Source: Anthoceros angustus
Lineage: Eukaryota; Plantae; Anthocerotophyta
DNA: 64,000 nt
NCBI GenBank assembly: GCA_010909165.1
Contig: MU008232.1
Span: 29,788-93,787 of the forward strand
Direction of reading: 5' to 3'
This document shows, one piece after another, positions 50,468 to 62,080 of this stretch (its first letter is position 1; every line of letters begins with the position of its first letter). A program made the translations under genes and the position numbers. Under the pieces are notes generated by a model that was given only the letters and a program-made list of their open reading frames with translations, did not search any database and had not been told where the DNA came from.

Positions 50468-51009
50468 TTTTGTTCATAGACTACGTTTTTCTTTTTCTTT
50501 GTAAAGGAAAGTCAGCTTGTATAGAGAGGGACGGTTGCGTTGTTGCCGTGGGTTAGGTTGGGCTGGGTTGGGCAATCGGGCTTGTATTGAATGACTGCGT
50601 CTTGGGCAGGCTGCATGTGAGCCGATGTATGGGATGCATGTGGCAGTGGTGGAGCCAGGAGGTGCCAGGAGTCAGCTCGAGGTGCCAGCTTGCAGCACGC
50701 AGGACGTGGAAATGAATTTGCTGTCCTGGCCCTGCCCTGCTCTGCCGGGTGGGCTGGCAGTTTGGATCCATCCCCAGCCAGCAACCCAGTGGCGGTGACA
50801 GTTTGAACTGGTGGAGCGGACCGTTGGCAAGGTGGACACAGCAGGGGCCCCCACTGGGGCGCGGCCCCGGCCTCGAGAGGCTGGCTGGCTGGCTGGCTGG
50901 GGGTGGCCCCGGCCCCAAGCACCCACTGAAGGGCAGGCAGGCAGGCAAGCATGAGCGGCCGTGGAAGCTGAACATGGGGTGGAATAGCTCGGCTTCCTTC
51001 CTTCACTGT

Positions 51010-51107
51010 GCGCCTGCCTGGTTGTATAATTATAACGATGAGCTTGCTTGAAGAGGGAGCGCCTGCCTGGTTGTATAATTATAACGATGAGCTTGCTTGA
51101 AGAGGGA
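51010..51107. repeat. Perfect 49-bp tandem duplication
   Basis: GCGCCTGCCTGGTTGTATAATTATAACGATGAGCTTGCTTGAAGAGGGA x2. Confidence 0.95.
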
Positions 51108-52844
51108 TCTGCTGATCAGAGGTTAGGGCAGGAGATGCACAGGTGTCAGGGCAGGAGCTGCACAGGAAGGAAGGTTGAAGGAAGATGTGCATGGAAAGCT
51201 TGCAGTTACTTGCATTGCAGCTCAAGGTTGTTATGATGCTGTCCTTGCAGTAGTCGTGGGCAGGGAGGTAGGTGTCCTCTAGGGTTCTGCAGGTCTGGAC
51301 TAGGTAATAACAGCAGCGGCTGGTTGTGGGCATTGTAGTAGGTGAGGGATGCAGTGAGAGGGACTAAAGGTAAAGAGACTCCTGACCAACAAATTGCCAC
51401 ACACACGCTGCTTGGAAGGACTGGAAGCTGGAACAGTCCAGCCCCAGCCGACCCGAGCTGGGAGTCCAACTGCAAAATTGATGGCAGCTTACTGTCGCTC
51501 CCCAACCAGAAAATAGATGGAAAGCAGGGGCCGAGCCATTTATGACCTCCCACCCACTCCGCTCCACTCCCTAACGACACCCGGTCACACGGCCATTCCT
51601 AACATCCGCCTGCGTCCTCCATGGAACAAACTGATTAAGGGTGGAGAGCTCGATGTCCTCCATTTCCCGTAGTTGGTGATGTGCTTGTCGCGGTCGCGGT
51701 CATGGTCGACTGGTGGAGTCGTCGTTGGTGTAGACGCTCGCCAGCTTTGAGTGCTTTGTTTGAATCATAGCCATCTCCTCCTTCAAAAACTTCGTCCCTG
51801 CAGCTCTCTCGCTTGCAGCAGGCCCTGGCCCATGCTGTTTGCTTCTGCCTTGGTTTCTCGCCCGCATCTGCATCAAGCCGACTCGCAGATTCACGTCTTC
51901 ATGTAGTCTCGTCTCGGACTCCCAGCTGCCTCGTGTGGAAGTCGTCTCGTCTCGTCTCGTATTCTGGGTTCCTCTCTCTCATCAACATTGTTAGCTGTGC
52001 AAGTGTGCATTCCGATTCCCGCAGACTTGACGCTGCTGCCTTTGCCTTTGCTTTGCCTCTGCCTTTGCCTTTGCCCTGCCCTTCTCCGCGGGTCGGGCCG
52101 GGCCGGGCCTCGTCCGATTCTCCCTTGCCTGTCTGCCTGCCTTCTTCCTTCCTCCCTCGCTTACTTGCTCCCCTGCTTTTTCCGCCTCTTTCCACACTCG
52201 CTGCCGCTGCCACTTCTGTCTGCTGTCTGCGCGCACGCCTGGCCTGGCTGCCCTCAAAGACGCTCTTCTCCGCGTCTGCCTTTGCTCTTAATTCTGCTGG
52301 ACCACCAATGCAGCACGCGCTGTACCTCAGGGCCCCTGCTCCCGCTCGCTCACCTCCAGATCTGACCTCGCTGCCCCCCCGCCGCCTGCATTGCCTCTCT
52401 CCGCCTCCATGAATCTTTTTCGCAGCCCGCTCCCGCTGCCTCTGGCTCACACAGCTGCCTCCTGCTTCTGCTCGCCTGGAGCTGCAAATTAGCGCTCAAG
52501 AATGCTGGCCAGCGGACACATTTTTTGAACTACGCTGCTGTTCCTGCTGCTGCTCTCTCTCAGACTGCTGCTTCCCTCAACCTTCTGCTTCTTTGCGCTC
52601 AAGTCCGTAGGACATCGAAATATTTCCTCCCAGGCTCGGGCTCAGCGTTGCTCGCAGGTTCAAATCTGACAAATGCGCTGTACCCGCACAGCAACCAAGA
52701 AAGGGTGGAGCGGGAGTCCTCCCTTCTGGATCTGCCACTCATCGAAGCGAGTCCTGGACCTGGAACTGCAACTGCGACAGGGCGGCTTCAGGCTTGAGCA
52801 GCGAAGGAGCGGGAGAGGGAGTGGGACGACTGCCAGCGCTGGGG

Positions 52845-55263
52845 ATGGATGCAGCGGTTAAAACTGTGAGATCAGGCTGGGCTGCTGCTGCTTCTCCCGC
52901 GGCCTCCACTTCGCATCATCACAGGCTACAGGAGCTGCCAACGCCGGCGCCTTCGCTAAGCAAGGAGATTCCGCACTTTCTGACCCCGGCCCCGGGCCAG
53001 CTATCCACGTCTTCCAGACATAGGACCTGGGTTGGAGATGGACGACTGCAGCAGGACTGCACCTCCCCGCAGGTTTGTGCCTGCACTTGCTCTTCAGCTG
53101 ATTACAGGCTCGGGAACTGGTTAGAACACGATCTCGGCGCCAGCTTCTCGCCATTTTCTCGACACCGGCACCACACATGTTCTCCATGCCTTCCAGGCAG
53201 ATGCAGGCCCAGATCTCTTCTCTCCAATTCAGCCTCCACTGATGGCTACGTCTCACACAACCGGACGCAACAAGAGCTCAAGACACCAGCCAACCGCGTT
53301 GCCCCAGCTCGTGAGGTGGTCAAGGATGCGCCTCCTCCTCCTCGGGCTTACACTGGCAAGGTCAATGGGACCAGCAACAGCAAGGCTGATCAGCAGCTGC
53401 ACAATGGAGGTCCTGGACTGCACGCCGGTGCCGGAAGCTACGCAGGCATCATTCCTCCTCCTCGCCACAAGCGCAGAAGCCTCTCACCAATTTTCTTGCC
53501 ACTCTAGCCACTGTCATACTGGCCGTGGAAAAGCAGAGACGGGCAGATGAGGCAGCCCGGAGGACACAGGTCTCTATCGATTCCTTGCGAAGGGTCGTCT
53601 GGTGGATAACGACCTTGTCTATCGACAGCAGTTTGTCATACGATCTTACGAGGTCTCCTATGACAGAACTGCTTCTATCGAGACCCTGACCAACCTGTTT
53701 CAGGTGTGATATCATGCCTGTACCTGTAGAAGCTGTACTAAGATGTTGGCCTTTCTACACTCATTCATGACATGTAAGTGTCACGTTTATCAACATGTAT
53801 GTCAAATCTCATGCTCCTGCTAAGTGGAGTGGTTGTGAAATGTATGAAATCGCCCTTCTCTGCAGGAAACAGCCTTGAATCATGTAGGAATGTCGGACTT
53901 TGTTGGGGATGGAATGGGCACAACTCATGCCATGATGCGCCACAGGTTGATATGGGTCGTTACCAGGATGCACATCGAGGTTGATCGCTATCCTGTATGG
54001 TAAGTGTTCTGCCAAGCCAAATGTTTCAGCCTTCTTTTTATCTTTGGAATTGTGGCGTGTGGAATTTTATCTTTAAGTTGAAGCTTTGGAGTTGACGGTG
54101 GGCTCTCCAACTTATGCAGGGGGATGTCGTTGAGATTGATTCATGGGTTTGTGGAGCTGGCAAGAATGGTATGCGTCGTGATTTTCTTGTCAGCGATTAC
54201 GCAACCGGCAACATTCTAGCTCGCGCAACCAGGTACTTGAGCTGTTCCCGCTCTGTCTTATCTTGTGCACGAGCTCCAGCAACAGGCGAGGTTTTCGTTC
54301 TCGTGCTATCACGTGCCTACCACGTCCCTGAAAATCTGAGAGAGTACCTGAGATTTTGATGTGGCTGAGCCAGTGAACACAGTACCTGGGTCATGATGAA
54401 TCAAGACACGAGAAGACTATCAAAGATGCCAGACGATGTTAGGGCTGAGATTTCCCCTACTTCCTGGATCGATCAGTGCTGGAAGATAAGCCAACACAGA
54501 AAATTCCCAAGCTGGACGACTCTGCACCATACATACGCTCTGATCTTGTGGTGAGCTTGTTTCGAAACACTTCAAATTTCCGCTCCTTGGCTTGGATGAT
54601 ACAACAGTGAGGTTTTCCCTCACTCGATGGCCGTTCTACTTGTATGCAGCCACGTCTAAATGACATGGATATGAATCAGCATGTGAACAACGTCAAGTAC
54701 ATCGGATGGGTTCTTGAGGTGATGGCCCTTTGTCTAGAGACCAGTGAGTGGTTGTGGATTGTATACATTGTTGTGTGTTTTGTGGCTGACTGGCACACTG
54801 AATCGTTGGTGCAGAGTGTCCTGCAATCTCTCCTGGTGGCATGAGTTGACCAGCATGATTCTGGAATACAGGCGAGAATGCAGCCACTCAGATGTTGTTC
54901 AGTCCATGACATGCCCTGAACCAGAGCCATCTTCCACATCGCAGCGTCCTGGCACTTCTGGAACAAATGGGGCTTTAAATGGTTCGGCAAATGGGGCTTT
55001 GAACGGTTCGGCAAATGGGGCTTTGACTGGTTCGGCAAATGGGTCTTTGAATGGTTCGGCAAACGGGTCTGCAAATGGTTCTGTGAACGGTTGTGCCAAG
55101 GGTTCAACCAATGGTTCAGTAAATGGCCACAAGTCCAGCTTGTCAACCATCCAGAAGCTCGGGCCATGTGCAGTATACTCACCTTCTACGCATGCAGTCT
55201 GATCTTTCAGAAATTGTGCGAGGAAGAACAGTCTGGAGACTCAAGGGACGCTACATTCAGTAG
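52845..55263 (+). CDS. FATB: Acyl-ACP thioesterase, FATB-like (6 coding exons; start uncertain)
   Basis: YRQQFVIRSYEV..DRTASIETL.N.FQ|ETALNHV, LIWVVTRMH.EVDRYP.W|GDVVEID.W..AGKNGMRRD, STWVMMN..TRRLSK, DMDMNQHVNNVKYIGWVLE, LEYRREC, HLLR..EIVRGRT.W. Confidence 0.93.
54964..55127 (+). repeat. Coding 12/24-bp repeat (NGxx)n in the last exon of the thioesterase
   Basis: AATGGGGCTTTGAACGGTTCGGCA-type units encoding NGALNGSA NGSLNGSA... Confidence 0.9.
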
Positions 55264-55787
55264 CAAGCGCATGACTAGTCTTCCAGATAAAAGCTGCTCT
55301 GTCCTCAGCAACAGGCTGCTCTTCCCATCAGCTGTCAGTATTTTTCCTGACTCTCTTGACAGTGTAAGGGTACGGCGCTCAACTCTCCTTGAACCCCCGA
55401 TTTAATGGTCAACTTATAACAAGTGCTCTTGCTCCGAATCAGTGGTACCTGCTACCACACTTTAGCAGTTATTGCTGCTGCTCTTTACACAACTCAGACC
55501 CGCATACGTCGGGTAATAAACTTGACAGCCTTCCTCGCTTGCCGGAATTTGTGTCAATTTGTCAAGGTGACTCTGCTCCATGGATTCTGCCTCTGCCTGA
55601 GTCAGGCGAGAGATACCAGATCAACACCCGCCATCAACGAACTTTGTTCAGACGTACAGGATATATGTATCTAGGTTCAACATACCAAACTGGAAAGTGC
55701 ATTGTTGCCAACGACAGCGTCGTCAGCATACAATACCTATGGTGATCTCAATCTCGTTCGGAAAGAGTTACTGATCGTTCTTTTTCC

Positions 55788-56755
55788 ATGGATGCGGAAG
55801 AAAAGCTTCCCGCAATTCCTGAGCAACGGACAGTCTTTCTGGTAACATGCTTTCTTTCGTTGTGCCGCTGCGAGATCTGTTGTTCTTTCCACAGGCAATT
55901 CAAGACTTAATGCTCGGGGTTGGTGTTTTAGGTGAACACATACGTTGTGCATACCGTGCAGCTTTTGAATGTTCTCAGCAATCTGCGAGCAGAAGCTTGC
56001 CAGTTCATAGGTATGTCGTAGGCTACTCATCCAAGGTTGCCCTGGTACCATGGCTTTAATGAGGCGTGGTTGCGGCTGCTTGATCTGCTGCAGAAGGGTT
56101 CAGAGGCTGGATGCCACCGTCACACTTTTAGAGGCCAAGCTGAGAAGTGCTGAGGACGCTGATGGACCAGGCCAGGCATCTGCCCTTGACGTTACCACGC
56201 TGGCTGGTATCGGTCATGGACCGGAGCAGCCTCTGGAGTCAGCTGAGGATGCTAGTCTCCATCTTAGGTAGTTTCGACACATGCCACTGCTGCAGCTGCG
56301 GCCTCAGGAAGCAGTGCTTTTAATATTTCCCTTCTTTGTATGGCAGTGTGAAAGGCAGTCAGCAAGACGTAGTGGCCAGTCCATCGGCGTCATCGAGTGC
56401 ATCAGAGCGGCATTCCCGTCCTAAGGTTAACCTGACCGACCTCACGCGGGCAGCTGATGGGGTTTTAGGGTTGCTTATTTCGTTTGTTGCTGGTGTGCTG
56501 GTGGACAGATGAAGGACGACCCATCCTACTCACGATTTTTCAGAATGCTGCAAGTTGGGGTTCCTGAAAGGGTCAGTATGTGGACTGTGCGCAGCCTCAC
56601 TTGCTTACAGGTGGAATACGAGGTTTCGTGGTTTGTTCAAGAGCTCTGATAGTTGCGTGCTTGCCGTTGTAGGCTGTGAAGTTGCAGATGTCAGCAGAGG
56701 GCTTCGAACCGTCGCTATTAGACGCCCCGATGCCCTCTCACCAGGTGCTGTCTAG
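55788..56755 (+). CDS. WASHC3: WASH complex subunit 3 (CCDC53), multi-exon
   Basis: MDAEEKLPAIPEQRTVFL|, FSAICEQKL, RVQRLDATVTLLEAKLRS, KDDPSYSRFFRMLQVGVP, AVKLQMSAEGFEPSLLD. Confidence 0.85.
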
Positions 56756-57913
56756 AAGGTTGTAATGAGAAGCTACGTAGCCGGTGGGGAAACGCGTCAA
56801 ATTACTATCACACGGACCTGCTCTCCGTTGTATCAGTAAAATGGAGCCCTAGGGTTGGACGGAAGAGGATCTCGAAATTGTGAGAGTTCGAGGCGAAAGT
56901 ATCATTTGGAGAAGGAAGAAATGAAGGTCTGCTACACATATATCAATTCAACTAGCTTGTCTCCATCTCTGCCAGCTCCTCTCTCACTTCCAATTGCAGT
57001 GCCGTACACGTCACTTCATGTACTTTGTTTTGTGCGAGTTGTGTGTCCGGCCCATCAGCCATGGCACTGTACACGTCTACGTCTACGTTTACAGCCGGCA
57101 TTATGATAACAACGAACGATGATGAGGAAGGACATTGACCCGTATCCCGTATACCGGCATCTAACAACCACGGGTGTTGGACGTTGGAGCTGTGATTGTC
57201 CAGACTGTTTTTATCAATCCACTACTTGGAGACAGATCCATCTACTGATTCAGGTTAGTTAGGTGCAACTAGATTGTACTCCACATATGGCAGGTCGCAA
57301 GATTGAGCCCTCAGCCTTGTGCTCAGATTGGTAGATGCCCCCGTGAACAGGTATGCGGCAGCTGCGAGTCAGGTTGAATTCCTTGCTCGTGCGTGGAATA
57401 GGCCCAAGTTTTTGAGATATCGTGAATTCAAAATGTTCATCGCAAATTGAAATGATCAACTGTTCAATACCTCTCGGACACTCCAATACCGATTCGAAAA
57501 CGATCTTCTGTGAGGTCTTTTTATCTCAGCCCTCATTCGCTCCTTTTGTTATTCGATAGTTATAGGTTTGTAACCAACCCTTCCTTAGTCGGAACCACAT
57601 ATGCAAGTTTGCGTGTGGTTCGTCTATTCCTCAAAAAAAATGGTTCGTCTATTCTGCGAAAAATGTTTATCACGAATTGAACTCGATCAATTCATCTCGT
57701 ACATCCTGATACCGGGATTTGAATCCCCTTTTACAATACAATCTTCAAATGCTGTATAGCACACACAGGTGAATGGTCAGTGCACACTTCTTTTGTTTGA
57801 CAAGCAAACACGAGAAATTTTGAAGGGGGGAATATCCTCGATGGGGGTTTTTTGTGAATAAACCAAGGGGTTGGTAATGGGTCTAAAAGCAGCGGTTTTA
57901 GATTGTGTGGAAA

Positions 57914-58640
57914 CTAGAGGGAAAAAGGGTTTGGCCCATAGATCATACCACTCCTTTCATGACATCTCGGAAGGGTCTCCCTATTCCTGCACCGCTTTGT
58001 TTCGCCAAAACAAGACCCACAATGCACCACGTCACAGTCGAGCAATCTCATTTCATCATCATCCGCAAATCCAACGCCACTATGGAAGGTATTGCAATCG
58101 CGGATGTTCAATCCATCATACATATTCGTGGGGAACAAAATTTCATGTTTATCGTCAGTGTTTAATTTGTGATCCTTCACACTTTACCGACAGGATGAAA
58201 ACAAGGAGGGGGCGCTGGTGACGGCGCCTTGCGCCTGACAAGGGTACATTCAACATGTTTGCTATCCGCTGGCCACCACTTCTCGGAGAATGACATAGAA
58301 CAAGTCCTCATAGGTGGGGAGTCATGTTGCATGTCGTGGTGTTTGAGACAAATTGTGTAACCGCATATCTCACGCAACATAATCACGGACATAGTCCATC
58401 AATATTCAAAAAACAGTGGTACGTGTAACTCAATAAAATTTTCTTCAATTTGAACTCTAGTTGCCGTGACAAGACAAGAGAGGGGCGCTGGCCAGGGCAC
58501 CCTAGAGCCATCGAACTCGGGGTTTGGTTCTAGAGGATGGGCACAAGGACAAATGAAGTGGGGACACAAAAGAAGTCTCGACTGGGTCGGTCTATCCACC
58601 TTACAAGCTAAAATGAAGGCGGTTGGGCAGGCACCCATGA
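57914..58640 (-). other. Cys/His-rich coding-like segment of unknown function downstream of MTase copy B
   Basis: Three abutting minus-strand ORF fragments (58399-58638, 58177-58392, 57914-58180); no recognised family. Confidence 0.3.
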
Positions 58641-58746
58641 CCGGGAAACCTTAACTCAGATACCCTCAACCGGCTGCTCCATACTACCCCTAACGACAAT
58701 GGTCAGGGGCTGGTCTTCTTCTGGACTCACATGAGTCCTCCGTAGT

Positions 58747-59480
58747 TCACGCCGTCATCACTTCTGGCTCAACATTATCATATCGCTTATCTTTTGCGAT
58801 ACTTTGACCGGGTTGGTCAGTATGAATCCTCGTGAACTCGCTCAATTTGTCCCCATCACCTTTTGTACAAAAGGTCTTTGAATGCACGGCACACCACCAA
58901 CTTGTCTTGAGACATGTACACCGCTTTTTCACCACAGTGTCATGTGCAATCACGGATCGTCCATTGTTAAAAGTCCCTATAATATTGGGCCATAGCCGCT
59001 TCGAGCCGCCTTCCTTCACGCACCAAGCCACCGCTATGTACTCCACCGCCTCAAATCCAATCATTACTCATGTTTGTTTTGTCCCAAACGAAGGACACCA
59101 TTCCACCCTTGCACATAATCCACGCATGCACTCTCTCACAAGGTGAGCTTCTTCCACTGCATGCATGACATGAGCCTCGAATTCTTCCGCCGCTCTTGGA
59201 AGCTTTGGAAAATCAGCTCATGCCCTCATCCAACCTATCCATGGACCAATGTCAAAGCCTCTTGGGACATCCATAACCGAAGGGTATAAGCCCGTGTCAA
59301 GGAACGCATCTCCATAATGTTTCTTTTTCCACTTGATAGTAACATTCTTTCTCGCACTCGGAACAATGTGAAATGCCCTTCTCTCAAATCTGTCATTGCA
59401 CGCCGCTCATCCTCAAGACTCTTCCAGCTTGTTAATCTCAAATATAAAGTTCTTGAAATCCTCGCAACTTTTGCAAATTC
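58747..59480 (-). pseudogene. Amino (N6A/N4C) DNA methyltransferase-like domain, copy B (frameshifted)
   Basis: VMDVPRGFDIGPW (DPPY-like motif IV, 59239-59277), VSFVWDKTNM...FEAVEYIAVAW (59025-59104), KTFCTKGD. Confidence 0.6.
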
Positions 59481-60239
59481 TCCACATCCTTTATGCCTGT
59501 CAAGAAAAACGTTAGAGCAGGGACACCATTCCTATTGTATTCCACAACAAGGAGACGTTGCGAGGAGGGTGAAGGTCAGACCGCACGGCCCACGCCGCCA
59601 TCGTGGTTCAGCCATGCCCCAACACGAGGGGCGGCCCGCCGGCCACTGGTGGTAGAGCAGGTCGGCCTACAGCGCCGGCCACCGCGCCCGTGACATGTGC
59701 AGCCGCATCCAAACAATCGAGTGGGAGGCCACGCACGGCCCCCACTATTCCCTTCTTTAGACGTGAGCCGCCACCGCCCTAAGCAAAAACTAAAGTAAAC
59801 ATTGTTAGGGTTTGGATCTCACCTTCCCAAAGAAAAAGCCGCTTTGAAACCGAGCAATCATGTCGTCTGCTGAGTGTAGAGGATATTCCTTCCTCACTTC
59901 CTCGAAGATGAGCATCCAAATGTTTAGCCATGGCCACTTGATAATATGCGCTTTCTTGAAGTAATTTCGCCTCCATTCCTTTGAGATCGAGGATGCTCGC
60001 CAATACCTTCCTTGTTGTGAACAAGAATCGTTGTCCACATTCATCGTATACCCCGGAATGATTTCGTGGTTTCATGAGCATGTCTTTCGCTTGAAATACA
60101 CTGCTTCATGCTTGGGATCATATGACTTTCCTTTTCCTTCCCTTTTTCTTGGTGCCGCAGTATGTGCTTCTTCCGCCTGTGTAACGCCCGCTTCCACTTT
60201 GAAAAGATCTTATCAATATTATCCCATACCTTGCCCTCC

Positions 60240-60845
60240 GCTTAGAGATGCACAATATGTGTCCTTATCCACTTTGTTCTCGCTTTGTAGACGTAATCTT
60301 CGTGACCTTCATCATCTTCAATTAATCCAAGAACCTTATAGAGATTGAACTTCCAGGACATGGTCATCTGCACTCCATCATGGCCAAGAAGCTCATCCAG
60401 TAAATATCTAACTTTGTTAATAAAGACATTTTCTTCGCTTATCGGCATGTGTTATAGTGATCATAAGAACTCTCATCTCAGCAGGTGTTATGCGCTTCTA
60501 CATAGCAGGACTTCCAGGGGCAATATATTGATGCTTCATAGCAGCATATGTGTGGTTCCCCCCAAGGACACCCATAATATATTTTTTGGCCCTGAATTTC
60601 TTCCAGTCCAACTTGCTAATATCGTCGCACTCCCCGGGGTCAATCATGCACAGTAAAGGCAGAATGCCTTCCTCAATCCTTCCCTTCAAAATAACTCGAG
60701 CTAAGTAGTTTGCCCATGCCTCGTCTACCCTCCTGATTTGGGCATCTGGTGTAATATAAGATGCGGGCTTCAAATTCTCAAGCTTTACCAATACTGTCTC
60801 CGGAACAACTTTCTTTGAATATGCAGAGTCCCTGATTCTTGTCAA
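60240..60845 (-). CDS. ParB/Sulfiredoxin-like domain, probably the N-terminal part of the copy-B gene
   Basis: QIRRVDEAWANYLARVILKG...ILPLLCMID...GVLGGNHTYAAMK matches the ParB/Srx G.H..A pattern, followed by a helical segment (FINKVRYL). Same strand as, and upstream of, MTase copy B. Confidence 0.6.
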
Positions 60846-62080
60846 TGGAATTACGATTCGGTCCCGAATGGCATCTTCAAGTCTTTCCTCATCACTGTCG
60901 CATGGGCATTCTATATTATCTGATGGGCTTCACTCCCTGTATCCTTCTTGGACTTTTTCTTTCTTTTTCCCCCAGCTGCAGCCTCGCTCTGTGATCGATT
61001 ACTATGACCTGTTGCATCGTTCCCACCATGCCTTCCTTTCCACTCGAGTCTCGCTGTCTCTGACCTCGGATCGCGAGATCTTGGGGCCTTCAATGGGACC
61101 TCGCCTCGCCCACTGCCATCACGTCTCAGGCGCATGGCATGGGCGTCATGCGCGCCTCTAAACCCTTCGCTGTGCCTTAGGAACCCGACAGATTGGGATG
61201 CGGGTGTTGCAGTCTCAACACCGATGCGCCCGCGAGGCCATAGTTGGAACCTCCATTGAGGGCAGGGAAATGGTATGTCTAACGGAGCATCCCTACCCTC
61301 CTCTCGGCTCTTGAAAGTCCTCATCATTAGAGTGGCTGCACGTCGTATCGCCCATCCTCCTCATCAGATGGGCCGAGTTTTACTATCACGCAGCTGGTCT
61401 GGAGCCCATCTTGGACACTGTCAAATGCAGGCTCGGACTGCGTTGGGACATTTCCCTCCTATCTTGGATAACCAGTTAGTAATCTTCCGCATATGGTGCC
61501 CTTGTGAGCATCCCACCAAAACATACAAAGGGTGGAGGAAGGCAAGAAAGAATCCATATGTTTTAGAAACCAACATACCACGATCTGCATCAAGGGACTT
61601 GAAAACCTTGTTAACAATTCATACTTACGATTAACACCATAATATTCATAATGAATAATGTAAGCTTATGAAAAAATTGCCGCCGCTTGGTACTTTTCAT
61701 GCTTATTAATTCACACAAACACCGCTCTTGAAAGCACCTCGCTACCAAGCAATCATTCGGGATTTTTCAATTTTGTCTCCAAGTTGTTTGAAATGAGGGT
61801 GCTAAGGTGCGTGGATGTCAAAATGGCAATGCTCATTAAGTAGAGTACGTCTGCTCAGATATTCAAAATAGGCCTCATGGCCGATAACAATAACTTAGTA
61901 CCGAAGATCCGGATGACAAAGAACTCCAAAGACAAATACGCCTTAATACAAAGGTACAAGAAAAAATGTTTTGGCCACCTAAGGAAGTTCGGGATCCAAG
62001 ATTCAATCGACACAAACCGGCCACACTATCGGAACTAAGGTCACGCTTCTAAGACGTTCTTGTCCGCCTCTCCGAAAGTG

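Noticed and set aside
51899-52450. 183-aa minus-strand R/K/E/G-rich ORF
   Set aside because: Complement of a CT-rich promoter/5' UTR tract upstream of FATB; no domain.
57119-57249. Box C (ATGATGA) ... box D (CTGA) snoRNA candidate
   Set aside because: No convincing terminal stem or recognisable rRNA guide; such short motifs are expected by chance.
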